DNA from: Octopus sinensis
Lineage: Eukaryota
Assembly: GCF_006345805.1 (NCBI RefSeq)
Contig: NC_043003.1
Span: forward strand, 2,790,001-2,854,000
Direction: 5' to 3'
DNA length: 64,000 nt
Under the pieces are notes generated by a model that saw only the letters and a program-made list of their open reading frames with translations, did no database searches and was not told where the DNA came from. The first letter of the stretch is position 1, and each line of letters begins with the position of its first letter. Below, piece after piece: positions 51,536 through 64,000 of this stretch. The position numbers and the translations under genes are program-made.

Positions 51536-52079
51536 CACAAATTATTAACATGTAATTATCGAACATATGCAAGGAAAACTGTTGGATTTTTTTTTCTTTT
51601 GTTAGTTTTCCGATGTTGTAAATATTTATTGTTGTATAATGATAATAATGTAGTAACCACCAGCAGCCAGCCAGCCATCCATCCATCCTGCCATCCAGCC
51701 AGCCAGTCGTGGTGTTTAAATTTGTTTTTACTTTCTACTTTCACTTTCATTCGCTCAACAACTGCTGCTGCTGCTGAGAACAGCTCCAACGTTTTCCACA
51801 TCCAACTGTAACAGGTTCTCCCTAACTCGAATCCTCTCCTTCCCTTCTCATCTCATCTCATCTCTCTCTCTTTCTCTCGTCATACATATTTATTTCCGCC
51901 TAAAATCAAAGCGGATTACAATAAAATATTCAGAAAAGAAAGCAACCCAACGATGAACGAGTTTATTTTATTCTGTTCGTCAGATACCTCGGAAACTGTC
52001 ATTTTTCTGTAAATGAACTGTAAACTGCTGTAGCAGGATTCGAACCAGTCTACGTTGAATCTACATGTCTCTGTTAATT

Positions 52080-52830
52080 GTATGTACGAATGTATGTATG
52101 TATGTGTGTATGTATGTGTGTATGTATGTATGTATGTATGTATGTATGTATGTATGTGTATGTATGTATGTATGTATGTATGTATGTATGTGAATGTATG
52201 TATGTATGTATGTATGTATTTATGTATGTATGTATGTATGTGTGTATGTATGTATGTATGTATGTATGTGAATGTATGTATGTATGTATGTATGTATGTA
52301 TGTATGTATGTATGTATGTATGTATGTGAATGTATGTATGTATGTATGTATGTATGTATGTACGTACGTACGTATGTATGTATGTATGTATGTATGTATG
52401 TATGTATGTATGTATGTATGTATGTATGTGAATGTATGTATGTATGTATGTATGTATGTATGTATGTACGTACGTACGTATGTATGTATGTATGTATGTA
52501 TGTATGTATGTATGTATGTATGTATGTGAATGTATGTATGTATGTGTGTATGTGTGTTGGGATGTATGCATATATATATATATATATAGGTGTGAGCGCA
52601 TTTATGTATTTATGTATGTATGTATGTATGTATGTGAATGTATGTATGTATGTATGTATGTATGTACGTACGTATGTATGTGAATGTATGTATGTATGTA
52701 CGTACGTATGTATGTATGTATGTATGTATGTATGTATGTATGTATGTATGTATGTATGTATGTATGTGTGTATGTGTGTTGGGATGTATGCATATATATA
52801 TATATATAGGTGTGAGCGCATTTATGTATT
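52080..52830. repeat. (TATG)n microsatellite with internal higher-order duplication
   Basis: Direct reading; recurrent tgaa and tacgtacg interruptions. Confidence 0.95.
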
Positions 52831-55595
52831 CGTTCTCTCTCCCCTCCCTCTCTCTCTCTCTCCCAGTATGTGTATGTGCGCGCGCGTCTCTGGCTCTTTC
52901 CCCCTCCTCTCTAAATGTATCTCTTTCCCTCTTCTTTCTCCATATATGTATGTACGTATGTATATGTGTGGGTGTGTGTACGCATGTATGTGTGTATGTA
53001 TTTATTTATGTATGTATGTATGTATATGTGTGGGTGTGTGTGTGTATGTATGTATGTATGTATGTGTGCACGTATGTATATGTGTGGGTGTGTGTATATG
53101 CGTGTCCCTCTCTCTTTCCTCTTTCTCTGTATCTGTCCTTCTCCCTATCTCTCCCGTTCTTTTCTCTGTATGCGAGTGTGTGCGTATTGTGTGTGTATGC
53201 GTTTGTTTGTGTTTGCGTGCGCGTGCGTGCGTGCGTGCGTGCGTGTGTGTGTGTGTAGAACAGCTTTTGTTTCAAAACTGTTACATTGTATATTGTGTGT
53301 GTATATATATATATATAGGTTTAATTAATTTAGCACATTAAGCACACACACACACACACACGTCAGGCGTGTGTCCATCTCTGTGTTTATGCAATGTGCC
53401 CCTAACTTGGTCCATAATCATCTTCTCAACCATTCCTCTCTCTCTCTCTCTCTGTCCATCTCTGTCACAATAAATCCGCCCCAATTCTCTTCCTCTCTCA
53501 TTCTACATTCCTTCACATCCTTCCTTAGATTTCTTTTTTTCCCATCGCTCTTGCTATTCTCGCTCCTTCATCCATTACAGATGGATGCTACTGTCTTACT
53601 GTTGTTGAGCCAGCCACCGAGCCTCCATACACTCGCACCACCTGCTAGAAATAGAAGCCAAATCCCCCTCATAGCAACACAATCATATCGTCTGAAAGGA
53701 ATCAAGGAGACGCACGTCTGGGGATGTGGTCCTTTGATGTAGTTCTCTGTCCGAGAAACACTTTGGGATAAGGGGGTTCCTTACATATATTATTTATGTT
53801 TGGAGGGAGAGAGAGCGACGGTGTGGTCACGGCTTGCACGGGGTTTGCCATAAGTCTGCTTGAGCACTACTGACCTGGGGTTAATTCTGTTCTGCAACAG
53901 AACTCGTCAACACCGCCCTCACCACTATCACCACCACCACATCATCACCACTATCACCACCACCTATACCACCATTAACAATACCACAGTAACCACCGCC
54001 GCTGCCACCACCACCACCACCAACACGCCACCACTATCACCACCGCCGCCGCTACCACCATAACAACTGTCTCATTAATTAGCCTCTAATTTCATTCATT
54101 CTTTTAGCTTCAGATTCGTCTCTCTTCTATTAGTGTCAAAATCAGAAAAATTCGATCTCTCAGGTGGTTGAATGATATATTTTTCATCAATGATTTCATA
54201 ATCTTAATCTATTCGGGCCAAATCTTTTCAAGATTGCATTACATAATTATGCATAAACGTTACAAAATTATGATTATTTACTTTATCGGTTTTTTTTTAA
54301 ATAATACAATGTTCGATCATATCGATATTGTTATTTAAAGAGAAGCTTTGTAAAATCCGAACAGCATCTCCCAATGCCATTGCCAAACATTTCCAAGTCT
54401 TGATTTATACATTGAAAAGCACAAGATCTTTTAAGAGACACTTTGTGCCCTTTTCAAGTTGATACAGTTGTTCTATTTCCGAATGAATCAGATGGAAGCA
54501 GTTCGTTTTATTCTGGTTGCCATTTGTTGTTTTAGAGGGGAAAAAAATCCAATAAAATGCCTACTGTTAATGATCGATCTTTGAGCACCTATTATTTAAT
54601 TAAGCATTTTAATTTAAAATATAATTACCTATGTTCTTACTAAAATCTTTCCTACTGTATCTACTATGGCTTTTAACGACATTATTACTACCTTTCTTTC
54701 TTTGCCTCTTATAAATTCCAGGTTTCACGCTTTGTTAGAAACAGTATATTAACCCTCCCCCCATTGGTACCACTACTACTGCTATTATGGCGATAAGTAT
54801 CTCTGCTATTTTGTGTGCTATGATAATGAATTAGATTATAGTTTTGTTTATAATCAAAAACCTTGTAAAGATGCAGAAATATGCGACCCAACGGATTCCA
54901 GTGTTGCAGGTTTTTAGTAACGTCAGAGCTGGTTAGCATCTGTGTGGGAGTTAAGCATTCAAGATATGGGATTATTGGTTCAAAACCTTATTGCATTCGC
55001 AGACTGTAACTCATTGTTCGCCCAAAAGAAGTTCACTTGACCGAAATATAGGTAGCAGACTTTCCCCTTCTTCTTAATTCTAATCGTTATGATAATCGGA
55101 GAAAGAATCAAGCAGGGTGGTGCATTCAATGTGGATTTTGAAGATATGAAAATAAGTGAATTTTAGCAAGATATCGCGGGTTAGCTGTCCTCATAAGAAC
55201 GGACTGTATTTGTGAGATTAATACTGGATCTAAACGTTGGATGTCGGTGATAAAAACACCTGAGATATAATGGGTACCATGAAGGGGCGTTGCTGTCGGA
55301 GCTGTGCAGTAACTCCCAGGATTCGAAGAGAAATATCCATTATCTTAGCAATTGGTGGAACAGAAATTACATGGGATTATGATTAAGGGATTAGGGATTT
55401 TTCGATAAATGAAAGGTTTATCAGATGCCTCATTGAATTTTGTCAGCGATGCTAGAAGTTATTGATATGAAAGCGAAATTTGTGATGGATTTTAATGAGC
55501 ATTTTTTTTTTAATTTATAAATCTATATTGGAAGCCTTCACTATTTATTTAACACAAATAAATGACAAGTAGGAGCTCAAAACCGTTAAATTTAA

Positions 55596-55844
55596 CCCTT
55601 TCACTGCGGAAATCAGATATATCCACCCTAACTTTTATTACCCTTAGCTGCAGAAAGCAGTTTTATATACCAATCTTTTTTTCCTTTTTGTTGAGGAATG
55701 TCGTGTTTGAAACTATTTTCGTTGAGACATGTCAAGTTCATTGAGGCAGTAGACTTGCAGAAAATACCAATTCTTTTTCTTTTTCGATAGATATTTAACG
55801 TCAATATTGGAATATCCATGAAATTTAGTATTGCTGTGAAAGGG
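55596..55844. mobile_element. piggyBac-type MITE (second family)
   Basis: TTAA|CCCTTTCACTGC ... GCTGTGAAAGGG|TTAA. Confidence 0.85.
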
Positions 55845-56369
55845 TTAATGTATGTAGAAGATTATGTCATCTGTACAAGATGCAGTGGAATTCATTTCTT
55901 ATAGAGAAAAAAAATTTGGAGATGGTTTAACCAGTGTTACGTAAGTTGGTAAAGTTTGAAATGCTACCTTCAGCATATGTAACCAGTGAGGTATTTTTTG
56001 ATCTGGTTTCTTTAGCTCTGTGCATTTCTTTGCGTAACCTAATGGGAAATTATTGAACAAAAAGTTTTTCCTTCTTCACTTTGTCTTGTGGATCTGTATT
56101 GCCAAGCACCAAGGAAAGATTCTGAAAGAGTCGTTCGAGAGTGCTATTAAATCGTTATTTCCAACAATTGTTAGAGCAATGAGAAAATGTTATGAGGTAA
56201 CTGTTCTGATTCTTTATGTCCTGTGTTCAAATCCAGCCTAGATAAATTTTGCCTTTTAATTTTTTTTGGTGGGGTCAGTAAAGTAAAGTACCAATCAAGT
56301 ATTAAGGTCACTGTCACTGACAAACTCTATCCCCTCAAAATTGCTGGCCTTGTTAGAAACCATTTAGAG

Positions 56370-56801
56370 CAGGGGTTCCCAAACTTTTTAGACCATTGGC
56401 CCCTTTATGTAATCTTTGACCCCCATCGATCCCCAGGTATGTACAAGAGAATCATCATCATCGTCTGATTTCCATGCTGGCATGGGTAAAACGGTCTGAC
56501 TGAGGACTTTGATCTGGCATGGTTTTCTACAGCTGGATGCCCTTCCTAACACCATCCACTCCGAGAGTGTACTGGGTACTTTTTACATACCATTGGCTCA
56601 TAAGCGAGTCAGGCTGCACTGGCATCAACCACGCTTGCATAGTGTTTTTTTTTTATGTGCCACAGGCACAGAAGCCAGTCAGGTGGCTCTGGCATCGAGG
56701 CAGCACTGGCAACGAAATAATTAGTACATGTGCATTTATTGACCCCTTGAATAGTCCCATCGACCCCCAGGGGTTGATATTAACCACTTTGGAGACCCCT
56801 G
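56370..56801. mobile_element. hAT MITE with a nested family C element (~56450-56720)
   Basis: atttagag|CAGGGGTTCCCAAA ... TTTGGAGACCCCTG|atttaggg (TSD 7/8). Confidence 0.85.
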
Positions 56802-57083
56802 ATTTAGGGGGTGTTGGGTTGACAGACTGATTAATTAGAGCATCGAACCAGACGCCTTGCAATATTTGTTCCAGTTCTTTAAATTCCTACTTCAGATTGC
56901 ACTGAGGTCAACTTTGCCATTCATATGTACCAGTCAAATACTGGGGTTGATATAATCAAGTAACCCTCCCCTCAAAATTTCTGCCCTTCTTGCCTATATT
57001 AGAAACAATTATTTCCAACAAGCCTAAATGTTCATATTAAGAGCAGTTAGATGGTCCTGTAATAAGTATTTCTAGTTTTTGAA

Positions 57084-57305
57084 CCCTTCAGCATTCAAAG
57101 GGACCATATCCAGGGTCCAAATATTCCTCATGTTTTATGCTCAAACTGGCTAGATCTGGCCTCTCACACCAACCCTACAATATCATTCTGAAACTTAACA
57201 GTTAGGTCATCAAAATCTGAAAGCTGTGAGATAATGCATGATTAATTCAAATGAGTGTGAATAAATAAGCATTAGGTCTGGCAGAACAATGTGAATGCTA
57301 AAGAG
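57084..57305. mobile_element. Diverged, inverted copy of the 10551-10759 piggyBac MITE
   Basis: ctctcacaccaaccctacaat and gattaattcaaat blocks are the reverse complement of the 10551 element; ends decayed. Confidence 0.7.
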
Positions 57306-57569
57306 TGAAACACTGGACCACGTGATTCCGTGATTCTGGCTTTGACAAATGGCCAGTTCCAGTGCTGCATTGGTTGAACCTAACCTCTGAAGGGTTCACA
57401 GAGTTTGAAGTTGGAGAAATGCAGGAATGAGAACAGTTGAAGGAATAAGTTGAGGGTGTTGGTGATTTGTATTGATATCAGTGAGTTAAAATGAAAGCAA
57501 GGAACAAAACTGTTAGGCTTATACACATTTATCTAAACCAAAAAAGAAAAAAAATGATAAAAAATGATA

Positions 57570-57950
57570 GGCGCAAGAGTGGCTGTGTGGTTAGTAGCTT
57601 GCTTACAAACCACATGGTTCCAGGTTCAGTTCCACTGCATGGCACCTTGGGCAAGTGTCTGCTACTATAGCCTCGGGCCGACCAAAGCCTTGTGAGTGGA
57701 TTTGGTAGGCGGAAACTGAAAGAAGCCTGTCGTATATATGTATATGTATATATGTGTTTGTCCCCCCAACATTGCTTGACAACCGATGCTGGTGTGTTTA
57801 CATCCCTGTAACTTAGCGGTTCGGCAAAAGAACCGATAAAATAAGTACTAGGCTTACAAAGAATACGTCCTAGGGTCGATTTGCTTGGCTAAAGGCGGTG
57901 CTCCAGCATGGCCGCAGTCAAATGACTGAAACAAATAAAAGAGTGTAAGA
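57570..57950 (+). mobile_element. Family A SINE
   Basis: Full head-to-tail match. Confidence 0.9.
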
Positions 57951-58990
57951 GTAATCTTTTTTTCTGTTTTGGTAATAGACCAATAAATGGACATCTATTG
58001 ATACTGTAAAACATTATGAAAAACAGTTTACAAGTTAGAGAGATGTAAAGTTTATGAAATTTCTCTTTGTGGTCATGAAGATGTATGTTTTATTAAATAA
58101 TTGCCAAGGGGACAATTCTGATAATATTTTGATTGGGGCAAAGTAATAGAAGTCAAAATGGTTGTGTAGCCTCTTGAATGGGTTGTTCATATTACATCAC
58201 CAGAATTATGCTACATTATAAAATAAAGCATAAAAACCATCTGCTGTAAAATAATTGGCAGATAATGCAAAGTAGACTGAAGAATAGAATGGATTCAGTT
58301 AGTTGAGGGGCGAGAAAACCTGAAATTAATGAAGTCGATTAATAATGTGCTGAGACAGTGGCAGCTTGTGTATAGGCATTGAAGAACTGCAGTACCCCCT
58401 ATTTCCATTCAATATAATGAGTCCTTTTTTTTCTTTAATTCTTTCTTTATACTTGTACATTATGTAATCCTTAAGCTTAATGTCAGTGGCCATGCCCTAG
58501 TTTATGAAAAAAATGCAAAAATCCTTGTATAGAACTGTGCACATCACAGCTCCAGCGATGCAGTGTTTGGCTGTTGTGTGCAGGCTCCCATGTCCAAGAT
58601 AGGAAGCTGAACGCTAGGGAGAGAGAGCACTGTTGTTCATGCAGTGCCAGTTCACGTGTGCTGTGCTTAAAAACATGTTCATATTCTCAAATGTGATAAA
58701 GTGTAGAATTCAATTATTATCCTGCTTCCAGCAACAGTGTTGCTGCCAGGATTTGAAAAATAGGGCAGATTTTTACCACCTTATTTTGTGATTTAGTGGG
58801 GATTTTCGAAAAACAAGGGGGAATTTAAACACACTACCCGGCAGTGGCTAAAACGTGAACCGATCAAGTTTATGTATAAATTTTCTTTTTATGTTTCTTT
58901 CCTTTTACACAATATTAAAACAACGGCTAAAAATTTTCTGAAGCAGCAGCAACGCCACTAATTTTATCTACAAGCCGCCATTGTGCTGAG

Positions 58991-59126
<136 letters not shown>

Positions 59127-59189
59127 GATGATTTAATAATAGAAGTTATTTTAGTCAAAACTTTATTGCTAAAGAAATTGCTTGGCATA

Positions 59190-59759
59190 TCATCATCATC
59201 ATCATTGTTATTTAACGTCTGCTTTCCATGCTGGCATGCGTTGGACGGTTTGACTGAGGTCTGGAGAGCCAGAAGGCTTCATCAGGCTCCAATCTGATCT
59301 GGCAAAGTTTCTACAGCTGGTTGCCCTTCCTAACACCAACCACTCCAAGAGTGTAGTTGGTGTTTATTATATAACGACCATTCTTATAAACCTCACCGCA
59401 ATGATTGTAGACTTGTTGGTCAACAGGATCATCAGCATTAATATTTATACCAAATACGATTGTGGAATTTATATGAATAAGCCATATTCCTTATTGAAGT
59501 CAAGTATGATCACTTCTACACAATCCAAAAGGTCATAACTGCCAATAGAAAAGAGATAACAGCATATTTAACGGCATGGGATTCAAGCAATAAGATTTTG
59601 TTTTTTTACCTTGCTTTTCAGGTTCAGTCCCCCTATGTGGCACCTTGGGCAAGTTTCTTCTACTGTAACCCTTGGGCCAACCAATGCTTTCTGAGTGATT
59701 TTGAAAGATGGAAACTGTGTGGAAGCCCATTGTGTGTGTGTAGAATGTAGATATATATA

Positions 59760-59793
<34 letters not shown>

Positions 59794-60200
59794 TATTCCC
59801 TACCACTGTTTGACATCCGGTGTTGGTTTGTTTACATTGATGTAAACTCAGCAGTTTGGCAAAAGAGACCAATACAAATTTTAAAAAAAAAGCACTGAAG
59901 GCAATTTGCTTGACTAAAACCCTTGAAGGCAGTGCTCCAGCATGGCTGCAGTCCAATGACTGAAACAAGTAAATCATTGATAATAAATAATAATAATCTT
60001 TTCTATTCTAGGCACAAGGCCTGAAATTTTGGGCCAGTCAATAGGATTGACCCAGTATGCAACAGGTACTTAGTTTATCGATCCCGAAAGGATGAAAGGC
60101 AAAGCTAACCTCGGCGGAATTTGAACTCAGAATGTAAAGACAGACAAAATACTGCTAAACATTTCACCTGGCATGCTAACGATTCTGCCAGCTCGCTGTC
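59190..60200. mobile_element. SINE cluster: family C (-, ~59190-59365), family A (+, ~59600-59975), family B (-, ~59995-60200)
   Basis: Family core matches. Confidence 0.8.
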
Positions 60201-60255
<55 letters not shown>

Positions 60256-61024
60256 AAATGAAAAAAAAAAGAAAAAAAAATGAACGAACTACTGAGTTTG
60301 GTTTAATGGCCTACCAATGTATACTATGAGTTTCTTTGCCCTAGGAGTCGGGAAGACACTCGGCAAGAAATGGAAGCAAATTTGAAAGAAGAAAAAAAAA
60401 AGTAATAATAATAATAATAATAATAATTAATCAATCATCAACTTCTATTTTTGTGATTGATATACCTGGCAGAACAGCTTTTGTTGCTGATAATTGTGAA
60501 CTCTTCATATCCACTCTCTTAAAAAACCATTGAATGAGAATGTAATGTTGAAGAGTATTTGAGCCAATCCAGCAGTAATTCTAATTGCTTATATAGCAAT
60601 AGAGACTAAACAATGGAACAAAGATAAGAAAAAAAATGCTCTCAGAATCAATATACTGAACTGACTTAACAAGGAGCAGCCTCATCCAGTAAATTCAAAG
60701 CTTAGTGGCTCTAAGTGTATATCAGATGATAACTGGTGCTAGAACTTGGTAATTAGAATGTGTAACAGTTGATGTAGATGTTCACCTGTTATTAAACGAG
60801 AATCCTTTAGCTTAAATTCCTGCATTGACTTTATAAGAAGGAAACAGTTGGAAATGACTTCAGTGATGAGCTTGTTAATATTGATCATCAGTAAATAGGT
60901 CAGGCTTTTAATAAATTGTTGTATCTACATTTACTTCTCTTGAACTAGGTTTGGGTCACTGTGAGGTTAATTGTAGGTTTAGAATTTGAACCCATTGTTC
61001 CTGTTCATGTTCCTGATCAATAAA

Positions 61025-61720
61025 CGCTGCGAGCTGGCAGAATCGTTAGCATGCTGGGCGAAATGCTTAGCGGTATTTCGTCTGCCGTTACATTTTGAGT
61101 TCAAATTCCGCCGAGGTCGACTTTGCCTTTCATTCTTTCGGAGTCGATTAAATAAGTACCAGTTATGCACTGGGGTCGATATAATCGACTTAATCTGTTT
61201 GTCCGTCCTTGTTTGTCCCCTCTATGTTTAGCCCCTTGTGGGTAATAAAGAAATAAATACTGTGAACTCTACTGAAACATGTTCAGGGTTCCAGCTCTGG
61301 AATTCTGATCTGGGATTATTTTAAAGTTCTTTACTTGTTCTAACCATTAGCCTGCGACCATGCTGTAGCATCAACTTGAAGAATTTTTTGTTGAATGAGT
61401 CAACGTCACTACTTCTTTTTTTTTTAGGTCTGGTTCTTATTCTGTTGGTTTCTTTTTTTTAAGAACTGCTAAGTTACAGGGACGTAAACACACCAACATC
61501 AGTTGTCAAGCTGTGGTGGGGGACAAACACAGGCACACACACATACACACACACACATGATGGCTTCTTTCAGGTTCCTTTTACCAAATCCACTCACAAG
61601 GCTTTGGTCGGCCTGAGGCTATAGTAGAAGACACTTGCCCAAAGTGCCACACAGTGGGACTGAACCTGGAACCATGTGGTTGGGAAGCAAGCTTCTTACC
61701 ACACAGCCATACCTGCTCTT
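61025..61720. mobile_element. Family B SINE (+, ~61025-61255) and family A SINE (-, ~61310-61720)
   Basis: Family core matches. Confidence 0.85.
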
Positions 61721-62045
61721 GCTTAAATCTTCCTTGTAAAACACAGATGGTTTGTATAATCTGTTATCAGACGTGGACTTCCAAGTCTAATGAACCCCAG
61801 TTGATCGGAACATATGCAGAAAAGCTAACGAGGGAGCTGCTTTGTAGTTGAATAAGTAGCTAGAAATAGCAGTCAATTCTCTCTCAAAGTCCAAGCTTAC
61901 CATCTGGTTAATGTGGTCATCAGAGAGTTGTACTTGAATAAAAGACACAATGCTCAAATGTGGGGAAACTTCGATCAAATGACTGGTTTATGAGGACCAG
62001 CTTGGGGCTAAACTGCAACATATATGGATTATAGTTTTGTATGTG

Positions 62046-62093
<48 letters not shown>

Positions 62094-62234
62094 CACTCAT
62101 ATATATATATACGTATATATGTATGTGTGTGTATATATATATATATACACACACATACATATATACATATGTATATATGTATGTGTGTGTATATATATAT
62201 ACACATACATATATACATATACATATATATATAT

Positions 62235-63312
62235 CTGGCACCTGTGTCGGTGGCACATAAAAACACCATCCGAGCGTGGCCGTCTGCCAGCCTCGTCTGG
62301 CACCTGTGTCGGTGGCACATAAAAAACACCATCCGAGCGTGGCCGTTTGCCAGCCTCGTCTGGCACCTGTGTCGGTGGCACATAAAATCACCCACTACAC
62401 TCTCGGAGTGGTTGGCGTTAGGAAGGGCATCCAGCTGTAGAAACACTGCCAGATCTGACTGGCCTGGTGCAGCCTTCGGGCTCCCCAGACCCCAGTTGAA
62501 CCGTCCAACCCATGCTAGCATGGAAAGCAGACGTTAAATGATGATGATGATGATGATGATGATGATACACATATACATACATACACGCACATATATATAT
62601 ATATATATATATGCAGGCACAAACACACACACACACATGCACGCATACATATATTGATTATATATATTTGTCTTTTATCTTTTACTTGTTTCACTCATTC
62701 GATTGTGGTCATGCTGGGGCATCACCTTGAAGGACTGCATTGAACAAATCGACTCCAACACTTATTCTCTAAGTCTGGTACTTACTACATTGGTTCCTTT
62801 TACCAAACCACTAAGTTATGGGGATGTAAACAAACCGGCACTGGTTGTCAAGTGGTGGGTGTGTTGGACAAACACAAATACAACAGCACACATGTTTTAG
62901 GGTATTCAGAAAGTAATTGTGTTTTTTCACCCCTATGAAATACAAATCAATCAATCACATCAGAGCCAAAGTCAAATGGGCAGGAACTGTCTAAAAATAG
63001 TATCTAATCTCTTCTGTTCAGTAGTATGTCATTCATTGTTATTTTGGTAATAACAGGTCTGCAATCACATAAAAAGCACCAACCGATCGTGGCCATTGCC
63101 AGCCTCCTCTGGCACCTGTGCCAGTGGCACGTAAAAAGCACCCACTACACTCACGGAGTGGTTGGCATTAGGAAGGACATCCAGCTGTAGAAACACTGCC
63201 AGAACAGACTGGAGCCTGGTGCAGCCTTCTGGCTTCCCAGACCCCGGTCGAACCGTTCAATCCATGCTAGCTGGGAAAACGGACGTTAAACAATGATGAT
63301 GATGATGATGAA
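62235..63312. mobile_element. Family C (+, ~62235-62567), family A (-, ~62670-62890), family C (+, ~63066-63312)
   Basis: Family core matches; the first copy has ~62-bp tandem modules. Confidence 0.85.
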
Positions 63313-63599
63313 CCTCAATGACGATAAGAACTTTATGAAGCAAACATATTCACCATTGTTTACTGTATGAGTTTCAAAAGAAGAATACCGTTACAGAAGC
63401 AATGGAAAACATTTGTGAAGTGTGTCTGGATGCAGTGAAAGCTCATACATGTCAGCTGGGGTTTAAAAAGGTTTAAAGATGGCAACTGTAACACATCCGA
63501 CAAGCTTTGCTCTGGAAGGCAACCCATCTGAATGGTGACCTTTAGAATGAGCCTGTTTAAAGCATGTCAAAACACCAAAGATTTGGCGCAAAAATTTAA

Positions 63600-63900
63600 T
63601 GCGTCATGTTCAACTATCCTTGAAGATTTCAAGCAAATTTAGAAAGCATGCAAAGAGGGAATTTGGGTTCCACATAAGTTTTACACTTGAGAACTGAACA
63701 CATTCCACCATCTGCAGGGAAGTTTACTGTTTGTGAGAAAACTCTGCAAAAGAGTCTGTAGTTGTTTTGCAAGAGCATTCTTGCATATCTTTTTGAAAGA
63801 ATTGCTGGAAAGCCATCAGGGCCTGCCACTGAGTTCAAGTCCATCTCATCAATGCAGAATATTGCATCCTCTTCTTTTATGTAATCAATGGTTTGCCTCT
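63600..63900 (-). mobile_element. Degenerate CR1/L2-like LINE fragment (start of RT domain)
   Basis: MDLNSVAGPDGFPAIL resembles the K.PGPDG.P...LK motif that precedes LINE RT. Confidence 0.6.
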
Positions 63901-64000
63901 TTCCTGTCTGAATCTACAATGTTGAAGAACTCGTGAGACTTATTTGCATATTTCCCACAAAAGAAGTGAAAACACTTTGGAATTGTTTATTCTAGATTCC

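Noticed and set aside
54350-54560. Minus-strand death-domain-like peptide (TWKCLAMALG)
   Set aside because: In-frame stop just before the motif and no convincing splice sites

Overview
Repeat-dense, AT-rich animal genomic DNA, most likely Octopus, judged from SINE families I recognise as octopod-type and the abundant (TA)n/(CA)n/(TATG)n/(TGA)n microsatellites. No database was run. The one host gene I can support is mitochondrial prolyl-tRNA synthetase (PARS2-like) on the minus strand. Four coding exons (32124-31936, 11182-11005, 7913-7846, 5257-5177) have canonical GT-AG sites and matching phases and splice into 172 codons; the rest of the gene lies left of the window. Its 20.7-kb first coding intron holds a 4.7-kb array of about 250 19-bp units that vary at essentially two positions, a mariner-derived foldback element with 226-bp arms, and R4/Dong-like, CR1-like, RTE and Merlin fragments. 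The right half has solo-LTR-like elements (one carrying a 48-bp minisatellite), a Helitron, hAT and piggyBac MITEs, many SINEs and long microsatellites. There is no CRISPR array, rRNA or true tRNA gene. Most ORF-track entries are microsatellite or repeat artefacts. SINE families A-D are my own working labels, and SINE and LINE boundaries are approximate.
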